Below are positions 38,575-50,399 of a stretch of 64,000 nt of DNA, piece after piece; position 1 is the stretch's first letter, and each line of letters begins with the position of its first letter. The notes below the pieces were generated by a model. It searched no databases. It saw only the letters and a program-made list of their open reading frames with translations, and had not been told where the DNA came from. Position numbers and translations under genes: made by a program. The stretch spans positions 47,494,001-47,558,000 of the forward strand of contig NC_086097.1 in NCBI RefSeq assembly GCF_963921235.1. Direction: 5' to 3'. This DNA comes from Mobula hypostoma (taxonomy: Eukaryota).

Positions 38575-40680
38575 TTCACCTTCCCACTGAGCTCCCAGGG
38601 GTTCCTTATGGGGGTTTCTTGACCAGAACCCACTCACCTGGAATCAAGGTGTGTCCTCTTCCTATGGACCGGTCCAAACAGCAGAAACCTGTTGAGAAAC
38701 AGACTAAACAGCTTGTGTTAGTTTTACACAATAATCAACAAAGCTATCTGACATAACATGTATATCAGAATCTCTGAGATTGAGAGCTCCCAGTAGTGAC
38801 ACAGGTTGCTCCATCACCACTTCAAATGCACTCAATTTTGGTTTCTTGTTGAGATTAGCCTAAGGCTGCATAAAGCCAAAGGAAGAGCTATAAGCCATGG
38901 TTTGCCTTCCTCATCATCAGCCATTGCTTGATGATTCTTTCAACTGACTCTGGAGGATGTGGGCAATGAAAAAGCCATCTTTATTCATCAGCTGACATAA
39001 TTCTTGACAAACATTTTGAGTGAAAGATGTTCCTTGGTCAGAGTCAATGTGGCATAGCAATCCCCACCTAGGAATATAATTCTTAATCAGAGTTTTGCCA
39101 TCCTCTGTGGCCGTAGCTTTCTTTGCCAGGATGGCTTCCACCCACCTTCAAAATTTGTCCACTATTACAAACACTTCTGAATATCCTTGGCACTTCAGTA
39201 AAGTAATGTAATCCACTTGTAGTGGTAAAAATGGAGCAGGAGTACTTAGTTGAGGTGGCTTCTTCATTGATCGGCAGTTTTGTTTCCTGGCATTTCATAC
39301 ATCTCTCAACTGTTCGTCGAGCTGGCATCCTGAGCTTTGGACTCCACCGCCATGGGCAGTTTGCTGTTGAGGTTGTTGTTGACCTTATGGTGAAATTGAT
39401 TTCTTATGCCAACAAGCTCTGGCTCAATGCCCTTTTCTACCTCATAATTTGCATATCCAATTCTGCTTGTTCTGTTGGTCAGCAGGTGGAGACTGTTGAC
39501 CAATTTGTGCCAATCTTACTTAAATGTCGAATCCCACTCCGCTTGTTAAGCAGCTTGAATCAGCTCACTATAGGAAACAGCAGTTCCACTCCTATTCGTT
39601 TTGGCAATATCTGGTTTCAAACCAAAGAATGAAAGTCAACTTGAGAAGTTGATATATAGTGTCTTCGAAATTATCTTCGTTTATTCCTCGAACTCTTGCA
39701 TAACTGAGGCAAACTGTTCTATAGCAGGTTTCATATTCAGAAACATCCTCTGAAGGCTTTTGTTTGTAATCAATCCATTTTCTTCCGATCAATCTGGTTA
39801 GGGGCTTGTCCCTCCAGCTATGCCTTAATCATTTCCCAACCAACCAGTAAATTCTGTTTATCCTCTCCTATACAATCTTCAACTTGCCCTGTCAACTGGT
39901 TTATTTGCTGAGTTGTTAGCATAGAAACATAGAAAATAGGTGCAGGAGTAGGCCATTTGGCCCTTCGAACCTGCACCGCCATTCAGTATGATCATGGCTG
40001 ATCATCCAACTCAGAACCCTGTACCAGCCTTCTCTCCATACCCCTGATCCCTTTAGCCACAAGGGCCATAGTAGCCTTTTAAATTTAGTAAATTTAGCTA
40101 AAACTTGAATGCCATCATAGGGATGCAATTTATATATTTCTTAATTCATTGAAGTTGAGCCCAAGTCCTTAAGCTTGCTTTTTTAGGATGTGGAACTTCA
40201 CTGGGCCATTTGTCAATTTTTTCCAGATCTGGTGGTTGATGACATACCTCCTGTTTCTTTTCATACTCTCCATCATCAGTGTAGCATGTTTTCACCTTTT
40301 CTGGGGCAAGTCTCGCTATGGCTGCCAGACCAATTACCTCATCACTGTTATCATCACTTGAGCCACTAGGGGTCTCTGGTGCCTCAGTATAACTTTGGAG
40401 TTCCCAATGTGTTGCTGGTTTTGGGGACTAGTCAGTGTCTGCCTTTCAACTGACTGGCATCGCTGTTAACACTGCCCACTGGGTTGGCTGAACCACCCAC
40501 GAAGGTCTTCCTAATGCTGCCCAGATCTTCATTTCACTTTGCAACTTTGAACAGAGGTCTTGACTACAGGTGTACTTTTCATGCTGTCTTTTTACTCATT
40601 CAGTTAACACAAAGATCTCCTTTTTGCTGATTTATTAATTTTTAATACTCCTCTTTTAGCATGTTATGCATTTTTTCTTT
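38575..40680 (-). mobile_element. Endogenous retrovirus remnant (gag plus integrase, class I-like), internally deleted
   Basis: Gag MHR-like YKQKPSEDVSEY; integrase CxxC (RCMKCQ), core PFLPLQVDYITLLKCQGY..VIVDKF*RWVEAI..IPRWGLLCHIDSDQGTSFT and C-terminal IPGEWVLVK. No RT or protease seen. Confidence 0.8.
39920..40070 (-). mobile_element. Young CR1 3' tail inserted in the ERV gag
   Basis: Nearly identical to 52244-52390; CATAG occurs at both ends. Confidence 0.8.
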
Positions 40681-41290
40681 TTCATCCAATTTATTTTCTA
40701 AATCAGTGCCTGCTCAGGAGTTGCAATGCCTGTCCGTCCACCTTCTCCCAGCACCCAGGGGCCAAAACAGTTTTTCCAGGTGAAGTGGTTATTTGCCTGC
40801 ACTTTTTCCAGTATGTTCATTTGGTGTTCACCGTTTGGCCTCTTCTGTATTAGAGAAATTGAATGCAGATTGATTTATTAATTTGCAGAGCATTTGCAAT
40901 CAGTTTCAGGAGTGACCCTGGCTTTCAAGTTGCTTGCTACTCATTCAATGACCCATTTTTGTCTGTGGTCTCCTGCATTTTTGAGGTTCAATGCAGGCTA
41001 GAGGAATGACATCACATCTTCCATTTGTTATATTGTAGCTGCAGGATTCTGTTGAATTCTCCAGCTTTGGGTAACTTGCTTTTTCTTTCTGTCTGCTTCA
41101 GAACTACCCATTATTGCCAGTTAGCTATCTTGCTCTTCATTTTTCCCCTCATTAATGTTAGCCTGGTCTAACCAATTATTAGCAACATCACAGCACAGTA
41201 GAGCTAATAGGACTTTATGTTTCAATCTCTGTAAGTCGGCACTCTCGATGTTGGCAGTGGGCTTGGAGTGGTGACAAGGAGGGTAGGTAC

Positions 41291-41351
41291 CTCATCGGGG
41301 TCATTAGGTGGGCACCCTCCTTTGACGTTTCGTTGATAAGCCCACGACGTC
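41291..41351 (-). ncRNA. Putative rearranged hammerhead ribozyme, copy 1
   Basis: - strand GACGTC GTGGGC TTATCAAC GAAACGTC AAAGGAGGGT GCCCAC CTAATGA CCCC GATGAG: stem III GACGU/ACGUC, stem I GUGGGC/GCCCAC, intact GAAA, core CUAAUGA (mutated). Confidence 0.55.
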
Positions 41352-44300
41352 TCCAGAGGGCTCGATGCTACCTGGTGTCCCTGATACACCCCCCCCCCAC
41401 CCCCAGTTCCATACGCTCCTGTCTTCATCTTGCAGCCCAGTTGTTGTCTTTCCTTTTAATCCAAATTCATTTGCTGCTTCTGCTACATTTGACAAGGACT
41501 TGATTGCTTGTTGGAGTGAATAACCCCTCACCCCCATCTTCTTCAATAGACTAGTTGTAGATGTAGCCACGAATCCCCTGCATCCCACTTCTACAGGGAA
41601 AATCTTGGTCTTCCAGCCGTTCTGGGCAGATTCAGTTGCCAGTTCAGAGTACTTGATCTTTTTCCTCTCATAAGCTTCTTCAACTCCATCTTCCCATGGT
41701 ACTGTCAATTCCACAATATACGCCAGCTTGGCTGTTGTGGACCACAGGACCACGTCTGGCTGGAGTGTTGTAGCTGCAATGTCTGGGGGGAAACAAACTT
41801 TTTTTCCAAGTCTACATCCATTTTCCATTACTGAGCAACCTGCAGAATGCTTACCTCTTTTGATGTTATGTGGTGCTCTGGAGGTTGGCCTGCTGGTACA
41901 AATCGTATGATGTGAATATTTCTTGCCGATGTTTGTGGGAGAGCATTTGTGGTGATTTGCCTCTGTTCCAAGATTGATCTCAGCTGTCTGAGAACTTGGT
42001 TATGCCGCCAAGTGTACTGCCCCTGGCTGAGGCTCGTGGTGCATCCTGTTAAAATGTGCCTTAGTGATCCAGGTGCTTGACAAAGAGAACAAGCGGGGTC
42101 TTCTCCTCACCACTGGTTCAGGTTCTGGGGTGTGGGTAGGAGGTCATAAGTAGCTCTGATGACAAAACTTAGCTGAGATCCCTCCATCTCCCAGATGTCA
42201 CGCCAGCTGAGTTTCCTCTTTTCCAGGCTCTCCCAATTAGTCCATTGGCCCTGCTTGGATATTGAGATGGCCCTGGCGTGTCAATCTGCCTCTTCCTGTC
42301 TTCTCACCTCCTCCACCACAAGCCGTCTCTTCTGCAGTGATGTTGCCTTGTGCCATTAAGGAGACTTTGGGACGAGCCCGAGCCCGGCTCTCCCAAGTTG
42401 GACTTGACCAACTACATCCCTGAAGCGAAGAGCAGGCTTAGCACTCTGAATGGCTTCAGATGGGCTCCACTTCCTCCCCGTTACCACACGGGGGGAGGGG
42501 GGCCGCTGTTCAAATAACAGTATCTTCAGATTCAGTGAGGGTCATGACCAACCTTGCTTTGGTGCATTGAATTCTTCCACAAGACTTGCAATTGGTAATT
42601 CTAATTTGCTGTTCCCGTACAGTCCAACAGGACATTGTGGAAGTCCAAGCCACTGTTTCACATGTGTGCTGATCACTCTTTTGAGCTTTTCCACCTTGTT
42701 GATGGGGATTTCCTACACTGTTGAAAGTCACATGAATCTTGGGAGTATGCCGAACTGGATGCACTACAGCTGGAGTTTTCCTGGCAGCCAGGTCTTGTTG
42801 ATGCGAGCTATCTACATGATGGTATCTTTTTTGAGTTGTTTAAACTGCTCGGTGTCCTTGAGCTTAGCATCATACCATCGGCCCAAGCTCTTCACCGGCA
42901 TTTCTGAAACATTTGGGACAGGTGTTCCATCAATATGAAATCTTTGATTCTATGACGTGACCTTTGACAATGGAGATGCTTCTGCACTTGCTGGGCATGA
43001 TCTTCATCCTCGCCCATGTGATGTTTTGATGAAGCTTTTCCAGAAGTCTCTTGGTGCAGGGGATAGTTGTCGTCAGTATTGTTATATCGTCCATATAGGT
43101 GGTAACCATTGACCAAACTGTAGCCGTTTTCCCCCGGCAACATGTTTTGAGGCTCAGATAATGAGCTCCATTGCCATAGTGAAGGCCAATGGGGAGATGG
43201 TGCACTCCACCATGATGCCTACTTCCAGTAGTTGCCAAGCTGTGGTGAAGTCTGATGTTGTGAGACAAACTTGCATATCCTGGAAGTAGTGTTTTACCAG
43301 ATTTGTTATTGTTGCAGGCACCTGAAAGAATTCAAAAGCAGTCCACAGTAGGGAATGAGGAACTGATCCATTGGTGTTGGCCAGGTCGAGGGACAAGACA
43401 TGCAGATCCTTTCCTTCTTTCTTAGCCATCTGGATTTGATGCCATATGATGCTGGTATGTTCAAGGCATCCCGAGAAGCCTGCTATGCCAGCCTTTTGGA
43501 TTGACGTATCAATGAAATGGTTTTGTTTCAGATACTTCGTAAGTCTTTGTGCCAACATGCTGAAAAAGATCTTGCCTTCTATATTCAGGTGGTTTATTTG
43601 GCGAAACTGTTTGATGGTGGACGAATTCTTTTCTTTTGGGATCAGAACTGCCCCCGCTCTTCTCCAGGCTTTGGGGATCACTTACTTTTCCTACGCAACT
43701 CTCATGTTTCTCCAGAAAAATTTCAGAACATCCGGGGCATTCTTGTAGACACAATATGGAACAGCGTTAGGGCCTGGCGCTGATGCCGATCTTGCCTCCT
43801 TCACCTCGCTCAGCCTGGCTGATGTTAAGCTGATGTTGTGAGGTGAGATTGGTGGAAATGTCAGCTGGGAAAAGTATCAGTTCATCTTTTAGCTCAGCAG
43901 TGTGGATGGTTCTGAGATGTCTTTCAATCTCTTCTTTTGATACTTTCAAGGATCTGCTTTTCTCTTTCGTGAAAATGCCTTTCACATATTTAAAGGGATC
44001 TTTGTGGAAGCTTGTTCTTGCTTTTTCCTTCTTTTTGCATCGTTTCCTTAAATTCTCCGCTCTTGTGCAGTTTCGAGAGCCTCTGTTTTAGGTCCTCTTG
44101 AAGGAGGTTGATGCCCTCCCTTTCTTCTGCTGTTGCTTTTTTCCATGACTTCCTCAGGCCTCTTCTTTCTTTAACAAGTTGTTGGATTTCCTGGAGATGA
44201 TGGGATTTGGGGGGGGAGGAGGCATAACTTTCCTGCTGACTCGTTTCCTTCACTCCAAATTTCTCCTTTCTGTAGCTGTAAATCAGGTTGCCCATCTTCT

Positions 44301-45098
44301 CCAACTCCTTTTCTGCTGATCCCTTGATGCCACTTAAGATCAGGCTCACATCTGCACTTCTTGCTGTTAGACTTTGGCCATTTCACCAACGGCCTACGTC
44401 CTTGCATGCTCTCCACTTCACGATGTGCCTGGCTGTGCCTTGGACTACTGTTTGTGCCTGAAACTTCTTTCACATCCCGTAGGATGCTGATACTCTGCGG
44501 ACTGTGGGTTTCTTCCTGCTACTGAGTTTCATCTTACTGATTTGACCTTCCTTTTAACAGAATCTGGTCAATACGGGGCCCTGGGTTGGAGGTTTTCAAG
44601 CATTTCTTCCGTCCTTGATGAATTTTAAGACCATGAGTTGATGTTAAATTAGTCCAGCCACACCTACAGGTGTGAAGAACGTGTCCAGTTGCTGGTTTCT
44701 CAAGAGTATTGCCACTTTGATTCATTGTCGTGTCCATGCCAAGGTTCGTTACCGGGAGGTCAGTCAGAGAGTCTTCTTGCACCCCTGCTCTCGCAGACTC
44801 TGGGGGTATACTTCTCTTTAAACTTTCCATAGCCAAGTGAGGGTGGCTCTTGTGCCCTGACAAGGTGACGGAGCCTGCTGTTATGGGTAGCTAGCCCATA
44901 ATAGCCCCGTTGGGGTCTATTTCCTCCTGTCAGCTGTCACATGGTCTTTTCCCTTGTTGTCAGCTGCACTTTCACAGCCGTCACTGGTTTTCTCCCAGAT
45001 CAGTAGAGCTAATAGGACTTGATGTTTCAATCCCTATGATAAGTCGGCACTCTCGATATTGGTAGTGGGCTTGAAGTGGTGACAAGGAGGGTAGATAC

Positions 45099-45162
45099 CT
45101 CATCGGGGTCATCAGGTGGGCACCCTCCTTCTTTGACGTTTTGTTGATAAGCCCACGATGTC
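45099..45162 (-). ncRNA. Putative rearranged hammerhead ribozyme, copy 2
   Basis: - strand GACATC GTGGGC TTATCAAC AAAACGTC AAAGAAGGAGGGT GCCCAC CTGATGA CCCC GATGAG: intact CUGAUGA; GAAA changed to AAAA and GUC to AUC, both at CpG sites. Confidence 0.55.
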
Positions 45163-46197
45163 TCCAGAGGGCTCAACGCTGCTACCTGGTGTCCCAGATA
45201 CACCCCCCTCAGTTCCATACCCTCCTCTCTTCATCTTGCAGCCCAGTTGTTGTCTTTCCTTTTAATCCAAATCCAATTACTGCTTTCTTCTGCTGCATTT
45301 GACAAGGACTTGATTGCTTGTTAGAGTGATTAACCCCTCATCCCCATCTTCTTCAATAGCTAAAGTATGTGGCTTTTAACTGTCACATTAACTCATTTGT
45401 CCTTCCCCTACTAGATATTTTTGCTTATTTATATCCATTCCTTCCTCACTTTCTCCGTCCCCATTCTGACAAAGGGTCTCAGATCTGAAATGCTAACTCA
45501 TATTGCCTGTCCTGCTGAGTGAATATACATGGAAAGTCTGTACCAGGTGGGGGTGAGACCACACTTTGAGGACTGCAAGTCTCAATCTCCGTATTTTAGG
45601 GAAGTTTAGACTTGTATAAGAACTTTCAATTCTCATGCTTCTAAGATAAGAAATGGGAATGCTTTCTAATTGCAGGTGTTAAGTTTTATATGTCATTGCT
45701 AAAATAATGCAGCAACAAGAATTGGACTTGGGCCGATAAAGGGGATAGTAACATTTAAGCCATACAAGTGTGAGTCAGTGATCTTCTCCAATAATAGTCT
45801 AACCAACCCTTTTCATCCACATAGTCCCTCACTCCTCTCCATCCACACTCCTCCATTATTGCATTCAATGCCATGATACTACAAAACCCCACCATTAACA
45901 TCCTTATGTGTCATTATTAACCATACTTCACTACCTTATCTACACAAATATTGAGCAGAGACTGGGCAATGCCTTCCAAACCTTCAGGGCAAGAGTGTAA
46001 GTGGAAATTCTAGGCTTATTGTATTCAGCTTTGAAGGTCTATCCATTTACGTCAAAGTAACCAGTTACACTCACCACCTTGGACCTTAATTCCCTCCAAC
46101 TGAAAAGTACATTGCAGCCTGCGGGACTCATTACTAAATTCTCTCCAAATTCAGACAACTTGATTTTTCTGTTTGTTTCTGGACTAACTGTTGGTAC

Positions 46198-46609
46198 TGT
46201 CACAGTGTGCTCTCAAAAGGCAAGGTTGGACCCAGGTGTGGAGGGATAGCAGGCTTTCTCTGTTAAGATGGTCACTGGCACCTACTCAACTCAGGAGCTG
46301 CTGACAGCAGGCTCGCAACTCGAACCAGGAGCAGAGGAACCCAGGATTCCCAGGAAGCGACAGAAACAAGAGGTTAGACATCAGAGGACCAACTGAGCAA
46401 CATGACAAGACAATTCATTCTCACCAACACAAAGACCCCAATGAGGCACTGACTAGGAAACCTCCTTAAATAATCAAAGACTGTGGGAAACACATGCCAA
46501 CTTCACAAGGTTAAACCAAAAACACAAGGACTTAACAAATCTAGTTATTAAGATAAAGATTTGTAAATCCGAGAAATTCAATGCTCTATAAGCCACAGGG
46601 ATCATGACA
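46198..46609. mobile_element. Solo LTR (probably Gypsy-type)
   Basis: 412 bp bounded by TGTCA...TGACA with a 5-bp TSD GGTAC (46193-46197, 46610-46614). Confidence 0.8.
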
Positions 46610-47289
46610 GGTACATATCATTCATGTTCCCCTTCATCCAGATTTTTTAAAATTTGTATATTCTGGCCTATTAGCTCATGCCTGAAGATCAGAAAAATCA
46701 TCATGACTTCATATTATTAGCAATACACTACACAGGGAGAAGGAAGAAAGGCTAAATTAATATTACAGATGGATAACTAGCCAGAAATGATTGGTTAGAA
46801 GGGGAGGAAATTAAAGCGCAAGGCAACTAGAAGCTCAGGGATAACCTACGGATTGAATGGAGATGCTCTACAAAATATTCATTCACTCTCTGCTTTCTCC
46901 AATGTGGAGAACAAGGGTTGGGCCCCTTGCAGTTGTATGGGTTGGTGAAAAAGGGAGTAACTGGTGGGGATGGGAGGGTAGACCAGGGTTTTACAAACAG
47001 AATGGCTCCTTTAGAATGTGGGGAAAGGAGGGTGTGTTTGTTGGTGACATCTTATTGAAGTGGCAGAAATATTATTTCAGGACTGTCATGTTCCTGTGAG
47101 GATTAATGATAAGGATGGGAAGATTCTGGAAGCTTTGTTGAAAAGAGATATTAGTTGAGTCAAAAAGAAAAAGAAAGTGTATATAAGGTTTAGGAAGCGC
47201 GGGGAACATAAAACCAGCAGAAAATGACTTAAACAAGGGATTCATTGGGCAGGTTGGATTAAGGAAAATCCCAAGGCATTAGAGCATTA

Positions 47290-49865
47290 GTTCAAATTCA
47301 AGTTATTGTCTTTAAACTGTACACTTTCATATTGCCAAATGAAATAACATTCCTCCAGACCAAGGTGCACAACACAGTACATATAACTCACACACAACAC
47401 AAAGTAATACTACCATAAATAATAAGGTGCATTTACAACACAAGTTGAAAAGTGAACAGAGTAATGCTTCTAGCACTTAATATGTGATGAGACCTGCCTG
47501 GTGGCAGTGAGTTCAGTAGTCTCACGGCCTGGGGGAGAAGTTGTTTCTCACCCTAGTAGTTTTTGTCCTAATGCTTTGGTACCTCCTGCCTAATGGCAGA
47601 GGGTCAAAGAGATTGCTGGACAGATGGGAGGATCAATGATAATGCCAAGGGCCCTGCATATGCAGTGCTCCTGATAAATATCTCTAATGGATGGAAGAGA
47701 GACCCCAATTATCCTCTCAGCAGTCTTCACAATCCTTTGTATGGACTTGCAATTCCCTTACCAGACAGTGATATAGCTGGTCAGGACACTCAATGATCCT
47801 CCTGTAAAAATTGGTTAGAATGGTTGGGGCGGGAGCCATGCTTCCCTCCATCTCCTCAGGATGTGGAAATGCTGTTGTGCTCTTTTAACCAAAGTGGTGG
47901 TGTTGAGGGACCAGGTGAGATTGTCTGCTATGTGGACATACAGAAACTTGCTGCTCTTAACTCTCCACAGAGGAGTTATCTATATGCAGTGAGGAATGCT
48001 CAATCTGTACTTTACTAAAGTCAATAATCATCTTTTTGGTTTTGTCCATGACGTTGTGCTCGCACTATTCTATCTCCTATTTGTACCCTGTTTAATCATT
48101 GTTGTTGATGAGACCAAACACTTGTCATCAGCAACCTTGCTCATTCAGTTTGAACTGGATCCAGCAGTGCACTCATGCACCGGCAGCAGGCTGGGCACAC
48201 AGCCTATGGGTGGGGTGGGCCAACGGTGCTCAGCGTGATGGAGCTAGATATGTTGTTACCAACACGGACTGACTGGTCTTTCTGTCAGGAAGTCTAAGGT
48301 CCGGTTATGGAGAGAGCAGTTGAGACCCAAAAGAGGCAGCTTCTAAGGGGTGATGGTATTAAATGTTGAGCTGAAGTCAGTAAACATCATCTTGGCGTAT
48401 GAGGCACCATTTTCCAGGTGGGACAGGACGGAGTGCAGAGGCTCTGGTATCACTAGTGGACCAATTTGAGCGATAAGCGAACTGGAAGGAGTCATTTGTA
48501 GCAGGAAGATGGGATTTAAAGCAATCCATAACCAAATGCTCAAAGCACTTCATTTTTGAGGTCAATGCCACTGGATGGTAGTCATTAAGACGGGTTGAAG
48601 ATGTCTGTTAGAACCTCTGTTAACTAGGCTGTATAGTCCTTCAGCACCCAACCAAGTATGTTATCAGGTCCCTCAGCTTTACATGGATTGACCCTGCCTA
48701 GGGTCTTCCTCACATCTGCTGCAGCTTGACAGTGCCTGCTCCTCGGTGAGGGCAGGGGCTTCCTTGTCGCCACATTGTTCTGTCCATCAAATCGTGCGTA
48801 AAAGACATTCAGCCTCTCAGGAAGACAGGCATCACTATCAATCGATGTGCAGTGTGGACTTGCAGTCTGTTATGGTCTGAATGCCCTGCCACATACACTT
48901 CATATATCTGGTGTCAGAATCAAAACTAGAATAAGGTTTAATATCACTGGCATATGTTGTTTAATTTGTTAACTGAACACATGCAGTACAATGCAATCCA
49001 TTATAATATAGAGAAACAATAAGTAAATCCATTACAGAAGATATATATACATATATTCAATAGTTAAATTAAAAATAGTGCAAAAACAGAAACAATATAT
49101 ATTAAAAAAGTGAGGTAGTGTTCATGGGTTCAATGTCCATTTAGGAATCAGATGGCAGAGGGGAAGAAGCTTCCAGAATTGCTGAGTGTGTGCCTTCAGG
49201 CTTCTGTACCTCCTTCCTGACAGTAACAATGAGAAGACAGAATGCCCTGGTTGATGGGGATCCTTAATAATGGACGCTGCCCTTTCTGAGGACGCTCTTG
49301 AAGATGGATACTACGAAGGCTAGTACCCAAGATGGAGCAGACTAACTTTACAACTTTCTGTAACTTACTTTGATCTTGTGCAGTAAACCCCCCCCCCACC
49401 ATACCAGACAGTGATGCAGCCTGTCAGAATGCTCCCCTATACATCTATAGAAGTTTGAGTGTTTTAGTGACAAACCAAATCTCCTCAGACTCCTAATGAA
49501 ATATAGCCGCTGTTTTGCTCCATTATAGCTGCATCAAAATGTTGGGACCAGGTTAGATCCTCATATCTTGGCACCTAGGGACTTCAAATTGCTCACTTTC
49601 TCCACTTCTGATCCCTCGATAAGGATTGGTTTGTGTTCCCTCATCTTACCCTTCCTGAAGTCCACAGTCAGGTGTCATGGAAATATTCGTATCTTCTCTA
49701 TGAATAATCCCATTTTTGCCTTCCTGATGGCATGGGAAAGCACGGCTTTTGCTGAACTGAGAGCGCAGCCTTGTATCCCCCATCTGAAGGCAGCTGTGCG
49801 ATCTCTCAGCTGTGTCCGAAACTCTGCTGTCAGACATAGCTTCTGATTTATCCTCACATAGATGT
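47290..49865 (-). mobile_element. Rex1/Babar-type LINE, decayed, with a second Rex1 3' end nested at ~48915-49675
   Basis: ALTSKMKCFEHLVM, FQFAYRSN, HLENGASYAKMMFTDFSSTFNTITP; two separate tails (AAATTCAAG at 47294, AGAATCAAAACTAGAATAAGG at 48916). Confidence 0.75.
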
Positions 49866-50399
49866 GTTTAACAACGGTATCACAAACACGATAAAATCTG
49901 CAGATGCTGGAAATCCAAAGCAACACAGAAAATGCTGGAGGAACTCAACAGGTCAGGCACATCTATGGCAGAGAGTAAAGAGTCGATGTTTCAGGCAGAG
50001 ACCCTTCTGGATACTTAAAGCACTTCTTCATTGTTGAGGTTAGTGCCACTGGACATTAGTCATTAAGGCAGGTTGAAGATGTTTGTTAGAACCTCAGTTA
50101 ACTGGGTCGATATAGTCCTTCAGCACCCACTGGTGAGGTCCCAGAAGACTATCGAACAGCCAATGCTGGCTTTGTTTAAAAGGACGCCAAGGACAATCCA
50201 GCAAATAATACATGGGCACATCCTACGGTGGTGATAAAAAACATACTGGCAAAGATTCCTGGTGACATTTGGAAGGGTCTTGGCCCAAAACACTGACTGC
50301 TTACTCTTTCATACCTGCTGAGTTCCTCCAGCATTTTGTGTATGCTGCTTTAATAACACTGGCGTCCTGTCAGCTACAGACCTGCATATTCATCAAGTA

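Larger units (their letters stand above)
41196..45359 (-). mobile_element. Hero-type (R2 superfamily, restriction-like endonuclease) non-LTR retrotransposon, near full length, with ~355-bp terminal direct repeat
   Basis: Disrupted single ORF ~44830 to 41425: N-terminal zinc finger CRCGW..GLKIHQGRKKC, RT (IQKAGIAGFSGCLEH, LDLAN, YMDD), CCHC knuckle CSLCQAPGSLRHILTGC, RHNQVL, RLE QPDVVLWS..IVELTVPWE..KY..PVEVGCRGF. 41196-41549 is repeated at 45001-45359. Confidence 0.88.

Noticed and set aside
41320..41362. Reading the Hero motif as an ordinary type I hammerhead using CTGGAGA as core
   Set aside because: CUGGAGA breaks the invariant CUGA and stem I would be poor; the rearranged pairing with CUGAUGA and a perfect 6-bp stem I fits better.
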